A DNA stretch of 64,000 bases, from positions 64,001 through 128,000 of IMG/VR virus record IMGVR_UViG_3300028549_001457; one strand, given 5' to 3'. This stretch comes from a virus. Lineage: Duplodnaviria; Caudoviricetes. Both the position numbers and the translations under genes were made by a program. Numbering within the stretch: position 1 is the first letter of the stretch; each line of letters starts with the position of its first letter. Under the pieces are notes generated by a model. The model was not told the origin of the DNA, did no database searches, and saw only the letters and a list, made by a program, of their open reading frames with translations. Of the stretch, positions 9,995 through 19,831 are shown in pieces.

Positions 9995-12589
9995 ATGAAT
10001 TTTACCACCATTTTCCCTAAGTTTTCTTCTCCGAGTGGCACTGCTTTTGAGAATCAAAGGTCAGTTGGGATTGAAGTAGCTAAAGTTATCTACGTGGATT
10101 ATGAGTTGGTTCTTGTGGATGTGTTAATTTTAAATCAGAACAGCACCATTAGAGGTATCTCAAATTTTTTAAGTAGTGACTCATCAGACTCTTCTGAAGC
10201 TGGGACGCTCCCCTCTCAAGGGAGCTTTGTGCTGGTTGGTTTAATCTCTAAAGCAGGATCTGCTCAAGAATGGGCCGTGCTGGGAACTCTGAAGTCGGGG
10301 TATAGATCTGGTCAGGCTCTTATAGCTACGAGAGACGCTCCAGAGGACCCACACGAGAATCTTCTGCATCGGCAAATCTCTCGTAAAATCACAGAGTCTG
10401 AATTTCAAATTTCTGCTGGGGCCGGTGGGGAGGCTCTGTTTGACGAAGGTTGGGGGTTTCTTTCCAAAGACATCTCTGAAGTTAAAACTGACTCCATTAC
10501 AGAGACTGTGGCGTCAAATCTCCATAATGTGTATACTCAGTCCTTTAACGGGAGAGTTCAGCAGGGTGCCGCTGTTCGGATGCTCCCTGATACATCAGGG
10601 TTATACGCACATCCTACTGGACTGTCGTTTCAGTATGTAACCCCAGATGGTGCCGACCCAGCTCTACGGTATAAATCTGCGGAAACTCCAGGTCTCATTG
10701 TAACGGAAGAAGTGCATGTTTTTCACGATACCACTGATTTGATTCCCGATTTAACCCCCCATCTACATGGGGTTATGCCCATACATACGGCTGATGTCAA
10801 TGCTATATCCTCCATCAGTAAGAAAAGCGCACCCTGGTCTCAGGTTAGTTCAGATAGGCCTCCAGATACACAAGAGATTACGCACCCTCTAGAGGATAAC
10901 CCGGACAGGGTTGATCCTAATCAGAAGCTCTATACGTCCGATTTGCTTTCGATCCAACATCGTAGAGACCTTAGATACACTCATGATTCCAATCTTGTGG
11001 GTGTTTTTGAATCAGATAAGTCTAGATACCTCTCAGTTCTGGTTCCCCATGTTGCTTCTAAATTTTCAACGGATTTTAATCATACTCAGATCCCGTTGTA
11101 TGACCCGCACCCGCACCCTGAGTTTAGGCTAAGAGTTCCTGTAAGAGCTGAGTATTCTCCTCTGCTTCATAACCAGACCGCCTATTATCAGACGAAAGAG
11201 GGGTACCAGATTTGGGTGATGGGGGCAACCCTTCAGCATGAAAGAAACCCCCTCACGGGTGCTACCACTTTTGATAAAGGTGCTGGTCGCTCGGCTGAGA
11301 TCTTTACTCTAGGAGGCATTGAAGCCACACTAGGTAAGACACGTGACGAAGGGGAGAGCCTGTCCCTCACAACAATAGGTCAAATTTTCGCGCATATTGG
11401 GGCTGATTCAGGGAAACGTCCACATGAGCGACGATCTCTAGAGGCTCTTGATAGGGTCACAGGGCAAAAAATAAGTCTGGACGCTTATAACTTTGATTCA
11501 ATCCCTGGCCCAGGTGACTCCAAGACCTATCAAACAAAAACAGCCTCTGAAAATCTATCTATGGTTTTAACTATGGATGGGGGGGTGTCTGCCCGGTTTG
11601 GGGCAAGAAATAAGGCTGTTCAACGTAAATTTGTGAGGAATGGGACTTCAGATGCTCCTGGTAGGACTATTGGAGGTAAGGACGTTCATGATGCTAAGCG
11701 TGAAGTCTATGGGGGAGTTAATGACCCATATCAATTTCACGATCTAACGCAAACAGCCGTAGAAAATTGTTCTGTTGACCCATGTGAACTGGGGGCCACT
11801 TCTTTGGAAGGGTTTGATGCGGATGTTCATGGCCGTTCATGGGATTTCCATCTGTGTAACGATTGGTTTATGCGTGTTGGTAAAAACAGTGACTCCGGAA
11901 CTTCCTGGACTATGGATACAGATGGAGGTTTGGTCTGGTGGTTAGGAAAAGATGACTCCGGGCGATCTCTCACAATTCAGACAGATGGCGGTGCTCAAAT
12001 TCGCCTCAAAGCTGATTCAGAATCAGGTGAAGCTCTCAATTTATATATTACAGGGAATGTTAACGAGTATATAGAAGGGAGTGTTACTAGGGTTATTGAG
12101 GGGGATCTGCATGAACATATCAAGGGAAGCCGAACTGTCGAAATTGACGTTAACGACACCCTGATGGTCGCAGGTAACTACACCCCCATATTCAAAGACT
12201 ACACCCTTCTGTGTAGTGGTTCTGGTGTCATGGGTTTTGGCCTGGGGCTAGATTTCACTGTGACAGGGGCTTCTAAATTTGATTATCAAGGGGCTCTAGT
12301 TACTAATGTTTTGGGGGCTTCTAAAACAACCGTGTCTGGGGCGGCTACAGAAACATATCTGGCTGCTAAGACAACCTCAATTAATGGCATTTCAACGACT
12401 TCAGTTAAGGGTCTAGCTACTGAAACCTACAAGGGCGGCTTAACTACCTCTATTACTGGGCCTTGGAATGTCTCTGCAACTTCCACAGGGACTCTTAAGA
12501 CTTCAGGCTTGTTTATTCTGCAGGGTTCTGCGATGACTATTGGTGGGGCTGGTCCTGTTACTATTAAGAGTCCGTTAAGTTTGGGGTAG
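9995..12589 (+). CDS. Central spike, VgrG/gp5-like
   Basis: N-terminal OB-fold-like segment (VAKVIYVDYELVLVDV...P.QGSFVLVG). C-terminal ~8-residue Thr/Gly/Ser beta-helix repeats. Directly upstream of PAAR. ATG 9995 preferred to TTG 9986. Confidence 0.7.
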   Translation: MNFTTIFPKFSSPSGTAFENQRSVGIEVAKVIYVDYELVLVDVLILNQNSTIRGISNFLSSDSSDSSEAGTLPSQGSFVLVGLISKAGSAQEWAVLGTLKSGYRSGQALIATRDAPEDPHENLLHRQISRKITESEFQISAGAGGEALFDEGWGFLSKDISEVKTDSITETVASNLHNVYTQSFNGRVQQGAAVRMLPDTSGLYAHPTGLSFQYVTPDGADPALRYKSAETPGLIVTEEVHVFHDTTDLIPDLTPHLHGVMPIHTADVNAISSISKKSAPWSQVSSDRPPDTQEITHPLEDNPDRVDPNQKLYTSDLLSIQHRRDLRYTHDSNLVGVFESDKSRYLSVLVPHVASKFSTDFNHTQIPLYDPHPHPEFRLRVPVRAEYSPLLHNQTAYYQTKEGYQIWVMGATLQHERNPLTGATTFDKGAGRSAEIFTLGGIEATLGKTRDEGESLSLTTIGQIFAHIGADSGKRPHERRSLEALDRVTGQKISLDAYNFDSIPGPGDSKTYQTKTASENLSMVLTMDGGVSARFGARNKAVQRKFVRNGTSDAPGRTIGGKDVHDAKREVYGGVNDPYQFHDLTQTAVENCSVDPCELGATSLEGFDADVHGRSWDFHLCNDWFMRVGKNSDSGTSWTMDTDGGLVWWLGKDDSGRSLTIQTDGGAQIRLKADSESGEALNLYITGNVNEYIEGSVTRVIEGDLHEHIKGSRTVEIDVNDTLMVAGNYTPIFKDYTLLCSGSGVMGFGLGLDFTVTGASKFDYQGALVTNVLGASKTTVSGAATETYLAAKTTSINGISTTSVKGLATETYKGGLTTSITGPWNVSATSTGTLKTSGLFILQGSAMTIGGAGPVTIKSPLSLG

Positions 12590-12593
12590 TATT

Positions 12594-12866
12594 ATGGCAG
12601 ATGTAGGGTTAGCTCAGTTGGGAAGCCTTTCCTCGCATGGGGGTGTGATTACTTCCGTATCCTCCACAATCTTGTGTGAGGGAAAGCTAGTGGCGTGTGT
12701 AGGGGATGTTCACACATGCCCGATAAAAGGTCATGGGTCCACCCCTATTGTAGATGGCAACCCAGGTGTTATTGTAAATGGAAAAATTCTAGCACGTATT
12801 GGTAGCACAACAGGCTGTGGTGCTACCATAACCACTGGCTCAGTTTCAGTCACCACAAATGGATAG
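12594..12866 (+). CDS. PAAR-family spike tip protein
   Basis: SSHGG...VACVGDVHTCPIKGHG...I.DG...V.VNGK.LARIG...GCGATITTGS matches the PAAR Zn-binding Cys/His layout. Confidence 0.85.
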   Translation: MADVGLAQLGSLSSHGGVITSVSSTILCEGKLVACVGDVHTCPIKGHGSTPIVDGNPGVIVNGKILARIGSTTGCGATITTGSVSVTTNG

Positions 12867-12876
12867 GGGGTCTAAC

Positions 12877-13146
12877 ATGTCTGAAGAAACCGAAGCAGCT
12901 TTGAAAGAAATCAACACGGGGTCCACTTTAGATGGCCTTTTTAGAATGGGATTCACCATTCTAGGGGACTCCCGTGACTTTACAAATGGATCTATTCAGG
13001 TGACGCTAGGAAGGGGTCAGGAGCGCCTTTCCTGGACCTTGCCCATGAAGGTCGCAAAGGTTGGTGTGGACACTCCTGAGGGCGCATCTTACCTCCAGAT
13101 CCCCATTGATCATATTTCTTTTGATGTGGTCTATCCGATCAAGTAA
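12877..13146 (+). CDS. Small hypothetical protein in baseplate operon
   Basis: In-operon ORF. ATG 12877 has a GGGGG RBS (track start 12859). Confidence 0.55.
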   Translation: MSEETEAALKEINTGSTLDGLFRMGFTILGDSRDFTNGSIQVTLGRGQERLSWTLPMKVAKVGVDTPEGASYLQIPIDHISFDVVYPIK

Positions 13147-13156
13147 GTGAGGGCAA

Positions 13157-13852
13157 GTGGCGTTTAACGGTCAGGGACAATGGCGGCAAAAGAGCTGGGA
13201 GGCCTTCCAGAAATGGGTGGAGGTCCAGCAGAAAGCTATTGACCAACGCCTGCACCTCCTGAGATTTAAATCTGCCGTATCCAGGCGGAGGTTATCGAGT
13301 CTCCTAGCACAAACTCCTCCCGTGTTTACCTCAGATGTTCAAGAAACTTCGTCATTTGCGGTTACGGGTGATGACAATCTGCCCCCTTTTAAGGGGGAAT
13401 GGAAGTTAAGGGACGTCTCTTTAGCTGGACCCACCATAATAGCCCCACACCAGAAACCTAAGGAATCTACTGGTAAAGAGGTAATTGGAATTAAAAGTCT
13501 CTTCTACCGGGAAATACGTGCGATTGAGTATGTGGAACATTTAATCCAAAAAACTAGGTATGAAATTGAACAAATTGAAAATGAGATTTATTGGTTGGAA
13601 TGCAGTGAAAAAAAGTTGGCTAGACATTTTGCAACTGTAAACACTCAATTCAATGATGTGGAGTTCTCAGACAGCCTCATTAAAGAGGGGTCCCTTATTC
13701 GTTTAAGTCTTTTGGAGGATGCTCCTGATGCACTCGTTCAAAAACATAAAGAGGGGCAGATTCTTTTGGAAGCCTACGAAAAAGACCAGAAGAATCCCCC
13801 ACTTCCACAAAACTTGCCCACATTATCCACTCAGGACGATTACAGGACCTAA
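13157..13852 (+). CDS. Coiled-coil hypothetical virion protein
   Basis: 231-aa ORF with heptad-like segment (IEYVEHLIQKTRYEIEQIENEIYWLE), within the structural operon. Confidence 0.55.
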   Translation: MAFNGQGQWRQKSWEAFQKWVEVQQKAIDQRLHLLRFKSAVSRRRLSSLLAQTPPVFTSDVQETSSFAVTGDDNLPPFKGEWKLRDVSLAGPTIIAPHQKPKESTGKEVIGIKSLFYREIRAIEYVEHLIQKTRYEIEQIENEIYWLECSEKKLARHFATVNTQFNDVEFSDSLIKEGSLIRLSLLEDAPDALVQKHKEGQILLEAYEKDQKNPPLPQNLPTLSTQDDYRT

Positions 13853-13883
13853 CTTCCCACTAACTTTTTAGAGTGTTCCCCCA

Positions 13884-14678
13884 ATGTCCTATGATTTTAA
13901 AATAACTAATAAAACTTGTGATCACATCCTTAGGGGTGTCCCTTGTTTTATCTCGGACATTGATGGGATGACACTGCTTCCACGAAACGATCCTTCCCAA
14001 TACGTTATCTCAGACCCTGTGCCTGCGGGGGTTTCTGAACTAAAGCTATATAACCAACTAACACATACTTGGACTACTATTCCTAAGGATCATCCTGATT
14101 TGGGGTGGAAGATCACGGTATATCCCCTAATTGAGGGCTACCCGGATATGGGGTCCGCAATGATGGTCCGTTTTAATAAGCGTCAACAGAGTACCCAAGG
14201 GATTTGGAGACTTTCCTATCAAGTTTCAGCCGCCTCGTGTTTTAAGTGTAAGGGAGCTGGGGTTCTTCCAGACATTGAGCTGATTGGTGATCCCGATAAA
14301 GCGTATTATGTGCAGCATGAAGCCAAATTAGCTCAGGATTTCCTTAAATTTTTATTAACCCCAAAAGGTTCTGACCCATACTATCCCTGGATAGGGACAG
14401 ATTTTGCGGATCTCCCAGGGTCTAAACTAGATCTCAGGGATTTTGAGGCTCAGATAATTAAACAAGTTCAAGCTACTGCAGATATTATTAAGAATCTTCA
14501 GGCTCAGCAAGCAAAGTTACCAGACCAGACTGTTTCGCAACGAGAACTCCTACACTCGGTAACCCTAGTCAAAGTTCAACAGTCCCCCGCAGATCCTCGA
14601 CAAATGCTTATTAAGATAGAACTAATGACCAATAGTCGAACTTCCACAAATATTCAATTTCCCCTAAGCCGTGGATAA
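13884..14678 (+). CDS. Baseplate wedge protein, gp25-like
   Basis: C-terminal KLAQDFLKFLLTPKGSDPYYPWIGT...ELLHSV..V.VQQSPADPRQMLIKIEL is a gp25-like pattern. CxxC motif (CFKC). Directly upstream of baseplate J. Confidence 0.75.
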   Translation: MSYDFKITNKTCDHILRGVPCFISDIDGMTLLPRNDPSQYVISDPVPAGVSELKLYNQLTHTWTTIPKDHPDLGWKITVYPLIEGYPDMGSAMMVRFNKRQQSTQGIWRLSYQVSAASCFKCKGAGVLPDIELIGDPDKAYYVQHEAKLAQDFLKFLLTPKGSDPYYPWIGTDFADLPGSKLDLRDFEAQIIKQVQATADIIKNLQAQQAKLPDQTVSQRELLHSVTLVKVQQSPADPRQMLIKIELMTNSRTSTNIQFPLSRG

Positions 14679-14681
14679 CCT

Positions 14682-17600
14682 ATGAATGCTCCCATTATTA
14701 AGTCTCCTGCGCTACTCCCAGGCTCCCTGGATTACACAGAGATTACAAGCCCAAATCTCAATCTGGTCATTCAAACACCGCCAACTGCCGTGTTTGTTCA
14801 AGCAGTTGTGCAGGGGGAGCAGGCCGCTACATTCCAGTCGAATCTTCTTCTTTTTACTCCGCCTTATATCTCAGGTGCTTCCGATCATTTCTTCTCCCTT
14901 GATATCGCGCTAGGGGCTAAGAATAACACTGTTATAATCAACTATTTTAATACCTACCCGAGTGACACTCCCGCAAATCTTGCCTCTGCCAAATCACCCG
15001 ATGCAGAAATCCGTCTTTTTCTAGATCAAACAAGTTCCCTCATAACCCCTCCAGCACCTCCATCGGGTTTTGATATTGCTCAAAGAGCTGTTGAAGTAAG
15101 GGTCACGTGGGACAAAACATTAGATGATGATTACATAGGGTCCAATTTCTATTTAGCTTCTTCCTCAGGTGGGCCTTATTATAAAGTTAATACCGCCCTC
15201 CTGACAGCGTTGGACCCCTCATCGACTACAAATCGTTTGTTGTTTAATATCCCTATTTCGGCACTTCCAGCAGAGTATGTTGGCACCGCAGATACTGCGG
15301 CTCAGCCATTTTATGCCGTAGCAACCAATGTTATTCAGGCTCAATCTGGGATTATCATGGAATCTCCATATTCCATGGAATTCGAGATCAAATTCTATAA
15401 TTTCCCTACCATTTATACGTCCCCTCTAAATAGGTCTCAACAAGAGGTGCAGGTTAGCCTGCTCAACTCAATACACAGCTACGACTTACAGCATGATTTA
15501 AAACCAGGATCAATCCTCCAAGATGTGTTTGTAAACCCTGTATCTACAGAGCTGGCTAGGGTTTACCAGAGAATGCACTTCTACCATTATGCTGGGTTTA
15601 TTTCGACCCTCCTTAAGTATGAGGATGAAAATGGAGATGGCTTCACTGACACCTTAGCTCAATCCCCTCTCCGCCAAACTCTTCAACAGGCTTTTAGCCT
15701 ATCCTCAGCAACTGAGGTTCAGAATTGGATTGACGATGCGTTTGACCGCTTGGCATCTAAATTCTATGCTCAGCGAGAAGGGTCTAAGTCAGCTAGTGGT
15801 AGGGTTACTTTTTATACTAAAGCTAAGCCAACTCAGACTATCGTAATACCCTTGGGTACAATCGTGTCCTCAGAAAGTTCCCTGCTCAGCGGAGCAACTC
15901 CAGTCTCTTATGTAACTACTGAAACTGGGAGCATCCCTTTGGATTCAATCGGGTCCTACTATAATGCTGATTTAGCTAGATGGGAACTTCAAGTCAGTGT
16001 CGTAGCACAGCAAGCAGGGTCTGCCGGGAATGCTTCTGCGGGGACCGTTAGCTCGGTATCCGGGCTTCCTGGGTCCTTTAAAGTTGTTAACGAATTAAAT
16101 CTCTTTGGTGGCGCTGATGCGGAGTCTAATCTTAATCTAGCCGCTAGATTAAGAAATACATATTTGTCTCGTGATCCTGGAAGACGGGTTGGTATTCAGG
16201 CTTGGATGTCTAAAGTTCCAGGCATCTATAGTTGTAAAGTAGTTGCAGCATCGGATAAATATATGATGCGTGACTATGATAGCGTTCGTAAATTGCATGT
16301 ATATGGTCGTGCGGATGCTTATGTAGATTCCAGGGCGTCTTCCGAAAAGACTCAAACTCTTGTTGTGGCACCCGTAGCCATTTCTAGCCTTGATGCGACA
16401 ACAACTGTAACTGCCTCCAACATTACTTCCTCAGACTGGGCGTTTACTATACAAGACTATCGACTCACCTCTGAAACCCCTGTATATCAAGTCTTACAGG
16501 TTAGAAATGTTAGTAAGAGTATCGATTATAACATCTCCACATGGAGTTCTAGCCTAGCTACAACAGGCTCCATTACAATTCATTTGGACCCCTCCCTTCA
16601 AACTGGGCTCTCTTCAGGTAGTGTTACACCTTCTGCAACGGATACCCTCCAGATTATCGTGAGGATTCTCTCAAACACGGGGTTTGAGTTTAACTACCAG
16701 CCCGTTCTATCTGTCAACTCTCTAGAAGGTGAGGATATTAGTCTTGGAGGGGCTGGGAGTATTGACGTTTCTTCTACTTTAATCGTAGAAACCCAGGACC
16801 CACTTGGGATCGGGGGGTCTGTTAGAGACGATAAACGTCTATACATTATCCCTAAAATTGAGTCTCATATAGAGCCTTTCACATTTCCTTCCGCAGATCC
16901 CCTAAACCCTTCTGCACCTATTATCTACACCGCGTCCACCCCAGGTGTTGTCCCCTTTTCTGTGGGGGTCCCTACATTAGTGGACACCCTAAACCCCAGC
17001 CTTATCTTGATTGAGGGAACCCATTATACCCTTCAAATGACTGATGACCAGAGGCTTAGGGTTATCAAAGCTCCAGCACTATCCTCTATCGGGGCGTATG
17101 AGCTGACCTATCAAGCCTATCAAGTTTTCCCCCGAAAATTTAAGGTTATAGCGGAACCCTTGGTTCTTTCAGGAACCACCCCAACATACCTCATGAACGT
17201 GGGTGTTAATCCAGACCCCTCCACTCTTGTGGTTCATACGGATATTCTCGGAACTAATACTCTGGTTCGTGGTGTTCATTATAGTGTGACGCCCTACGAT
17301 GATACGACTGTGGTTGCCGCAGCATCTACGAGTGGATCCAGTAGCCCATATGACTCTGACTATTGGGCGGCTAGTCCTTCTTTATTATCTAGTCTGTCCT
17401 CCTCGCAAGCTTCCGACCTAACAAGCGCAACGGGTATTATTAACTCTAATCTGGCCCTGCTTCCTGATGGGTCTACTGTGTATGTGGATTATGAATACTA
17501 CGAAAATATAACCTGCAAGTATTCTGTTGATCAGGGTGTCATTGACGCGCAGGCTTACGCGGATACACAAAAGAACTGCACGATGAACCTACTGGTAAAG

Positions 17601-18260
17601 CGGTGCAATTATGTTCCGGTTACTTTAGAGCTTACAGTGACTCTAGCGACTGGTGCAGATCAAGCAACTGTTGAAAATAGCATACGCACACAGATCTCCA
17701 ATTTATTTAATAATTTATCCGTTGGAGACGGTATTCATGAAGTAAATATTATCAGAGCGGCTACTTCAGTCAGCGGGGTTTCAAACTTACAGATCCCTCT
17801 TAATCGTATGTCTTTTGCTGACGGGGCGCACATTAACCAAGAGAATCTCCCCACCTGGGCACTGGCTACAGACCTTATTGGGGTCCCCTCTACATCGGCA
17901 CCAATTTATAAGTGTAATACTCAATCTTTGTATGCTAGCCTAGATGGGGGCGGAAATTGGTGGCAGTATGTCTCGGTATATGAAGATGGTATTGCATTGG
18001 ATAGGTCCTCCACACAAGCCGAGTTTATTTCTAACTCACCCGGATCAAATGGGACGTTCCTCCTTCTAAGGAACCCCGTAACGTATACTCTTGATGTTTA
18101 CATTAAGCCAAATCGAACCTCAGAGCAAAATAGTGACATTAATTCGCACGTTCACACCCTAACTTACTACGTATACGGGGATAGTTCCACGCATGATATT
18201 CCTGGTATGGATTTAAGCATACTGACCTTGGGGACCCTCAGCCTTAAGTTTGTGGAGTGA
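14682..18260 (+). CDS. Baseplate J-like wedge protein with FN3-like and other inserts
   Basis: KPGSILQDVFVNP, ASGRVTF, V.VVAQQAGSAGNASAG.V, GGADAESNLNLAARL are J-family motifs. N-terminal FN3-like PPAPP..F.I...V.V.W.. Confidence 0.8.
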   Translation: MNAPIIKSPALLPGSLDYTEITSPNLNLVIQTPPTAVFVQAVVQGEQAATFQSNLLLFTPPYISGASDHFFSLDIALGAKNNTVIINYFNTYPSDTPANLASAKSPDAEIRLFLDQTSSLITPPAPPSGFDIAQRAVEVRVTWDKTLDDDYIGSNFYLASSSGGPYYKVNTALLTALDPSSTTNRLLFNIPISALPAEYVGTADTAAQPFYAVATNVIQAQSGIIMESPYSMEFEIKFYNFPTIYTSPLNRSQQEVQVSLLNSIHSYDLQHDLKPGSILQDVFVNPVSTELARVYQRMHFYHYAGFISTLLKYEDENGDGFTDTLAQSPLRQTLQQAFSLSSATEVQNWIDDAFDRLASKFYAQREGSKSASGRVTFYTKAKPTQTIVIPLGTIVSSESSLLSGATPVSYVTTETGSIPLDSIGSYYNADLARWELQVSVVAQQAGSAGNASAGTVSSVSGLPGSFKVVNELNLFGGADAESNLNLAARLRNTYLSRDPGRRVGIQAWMSKVPGIYSCKVVAASDKYMMRDYDSVRKLHVYGRADAYVDSRASSEKTQTLVVAPVAISSLDATTTVTASNITSSDWAFTIQDYRLTSETPVYQVLQVRNVSKSIDYNISTWSSSLATTGSITIHLDPSLQTGLSSGSVTPSATDTLQIIVRILSNTGFEFNYQPVLSVNSLEGEDISLGGAGSIDVSSTLIVETQDPLGIGGSVRDDKRLYIIPKIESHIEPFTFPSADPLNPSAPIIYTASTPGVVPFSVGVPTLVDTLNPSLILIEGTHYTLQMTDDQRLRVIKAPALSSIGAYELTYQAYQVFPRKFKVIAEPLVLSGTTPTYLMNVGVNPDPSTLVVHTDILGTNTLVRGVHYSVTPYDDTTVVAAASTSGSSSPYDSDYWAASPSLLSSLSSSQASDLTSATGIINSNLALLPDGSTVYVDYEYYENITCKYSVDQGVIDAQAYADTQKNCTMNLLVKRCNYVPVTLELTVTLATGADQATVENSIRTQISNLFNNLSVGDGIHEVNIIRAATSVSGVSNLQIPLNRMSFADGAHINQENLPTWALATDLIGVPSTSAPIYKCNTQSLYASLDGGGNWWQYVSVYEDGIALDRSSTQAEFISNSPGSNGTFLLLRNPVTYTLDVYIKPNRTSEQNSDINSHVHTLTYYVYGDSSTHDIPGMDLSILTLGTLSLKFVE

Positions 18261-18263
18261 TTT

Positions 18264-19100
18264 GTGGCATCTTTTTGGTTATCTTCTAATCTCACAACTC
18301 AAAATTGGATGTCGGATAGGTCCGAGTTTATCTTTGCATGCATTACTGCACGGATCTCTGACTACTACCAAGGCCAGATGAGTGATCAATTAGAATACTC
18401 CCAAATTATACATGGTGTGGCTGAGGAGATAGCTAAGGCAGATGCCTTTAGTAATTTTTTGTATGAGCAAAATTCAGCGTCCTTACGAAGCCCTTTGTTA
18501 GCGCATACTACCGAGGCACCTCTTTTTAATCTCCCCGTGTCCTTCCCCAGGCCTCTTTGGTATGACTCATTCTACTTGGATTTTCTCACGAAATTAGCTA
18601 TGTTGTTCTCTCAGTCTAGCACTACCAAGACTATTGAGAGTCTTTTTAAAGCATACTTCCAAGAACCCTATAGTTTACTCTCCCCTAACGTGTCCGTCTC
18701 TGAACTATGGTCGATTCATGGGGCTGACACGGCTGACAATATTGTGGATCAACATATTGCCAATGTCAGGCTTCCCGACCTACATACAATGGATCAAACC
18801 ACGTTAGATATGTTCACGGTGTTTGATCAGGTTAGGCAAGCTCATACTGTTTTGAGAATTGTTGCCTCTCCCGTTCCAGCAGAATTTATTCATGGGGCAA
18901 CTATTCAAGATCCTTTTTATCTTAAGATGTATATACTAGAGGATCGAAATCCTGTAGTTACTCTTAAATGGTCCGATTATAGTAGTTGGTTTAAGGTTTT
19001 TACAGGGTCCTTTATTCAAAGATCACAGGCTCAGTCCGGTGTCTTTGCTCCAGGAATTCTTCCAGACGCACGATATCGAACAAGTTACACTTTTATTTAG
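18264..19100 (+). CDS. Baseplate I-like wedge protein
   Basis: Follows J. STTKTIESLF and DQVRQAHT resemble the I/gp7-type ...T...I..L / ..KPAHT motifs. Confidence 0.55.
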   Translation: MASFWLSSNLTTQNWMSDRSEFIFACITARISDYYQGQMSDQLEYSQIIHGVAEEIAKADAFSNFLYEQNSASLRSPLLAHTTEAPLFNLPVSFPRPLWYDSFYLDFLTKLAMLFSQSSTTKTIESLFKAYFQEPYSLLSPNVSVSELWSIHGADTADNIVDQHIANVRLPDLHTMDQTTLDMFTVFDQVRQAHTVLRIVASPVPAEFIHGATIQDPFYLKMYILEDRNPVVTLKWSDYSSWFKVFTGSFIQRSQAQSGVFAPGILPDARYRTSYTFI

Positions 19101-19109
19101 TGAGGGATC

Positions 19110-19727
19110 ATGTCCAAGTTTACGGGTCACTTTTCAGCCTTTCTAGCAGAATCTCCCTCAGAAATAGTCTGGGAGAAGAAAAATGTTGAAGTTATCGTAG
19201 GCGGGTGGCTACTCGCCTGGGCGATGGCTTCCCAGTCTATTAGTGTGAATGCAACTGGTGGTGGGAGTCCCATCCTAGTTCCTGATTACCCCATTTGGGG
19301 TCTGGCAGTTGGCAACGCTTCCCCTTCGTCTCTCCCAACCTCTGACGATGCTAGAAAGTTGATGTCGCGCTTGGTGCAGGAGGCTTTTAGGAAGGCATCA
19401 TCATATATTTACTTTTTAGATCCAACCGCTTACTCAGTTGGCCAAAAATTACCTGTTCCGAATATTACCCCATACCTTGAAATTCAAACTATATTTAATA
19501 GTAATACTGATGTTATTCTTCAGGCAACACCAACGATTACTGAAATGGGTCTCGTTGGGGGGACTACTCAGTCGTATGCAGATCCAACTACTGACTTAAA
19601 TCTTGGCGGTGGCCCCGTTAACCAGCCCGGTGGGGGTATTCTCCTTGATTATGTCAACCCAGAGCCCTTTCAAATTCCTTTGGGCCGTGACTTCGTGGTT
19701 GCGGTGGTTTTGGACTTCTCGCACTGA
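19110..19727 (+). CDS. Baseplate / fibre-attachment protein
   Basis: KKNVEVIVGG..LA, LAVGN, LVQEAFRK, ITEMGLVGG match the N-terminal fibre-anchor pattern (N.I...G..LLA; G.G; L..E..RK; I.E.GL.GG). Confidence 0.55.
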   Translation: MSKFTGHFSAFLAESPSEIVWEKKNVEVIVGGWLLAWAMASQSISVNATGGGSPILVPDYPIWGLAVGNASPSSLPTSDDARKLMSRLVQEAFRKASSYIYFLDPTAYSVGQKLPVPNITPYLEIQTIFNSNTDVILQATPTITEMGLVGGTTQSYADPTTDLNLGGGPVNQPGGGILLDYVNPEPFQIPLGRDFVVAVVLDFSH

Positions 19728-19831
19728 TCGCTTTAGGGGAACTTCTAGAAGTCTTGACCCCCTTTTGGTCGCATCCTAAGACTGCATCTGATTAGGTAAA
19801 GCTTTATCCTCTTTTGGAGAGGATGGGTTTC

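Noticed and set aside
2158-19727. Interpretation as a bacterial T6SS or extracellular contractile injection system (VgrG, PAAR, gp25, J)
   Set aside because: The tape measure, fibres and a linked phage replication module (DnaB, PolA, SNF2) indicate a phage tail. No TssJLM, ClpV or eCIS ATPase is present.
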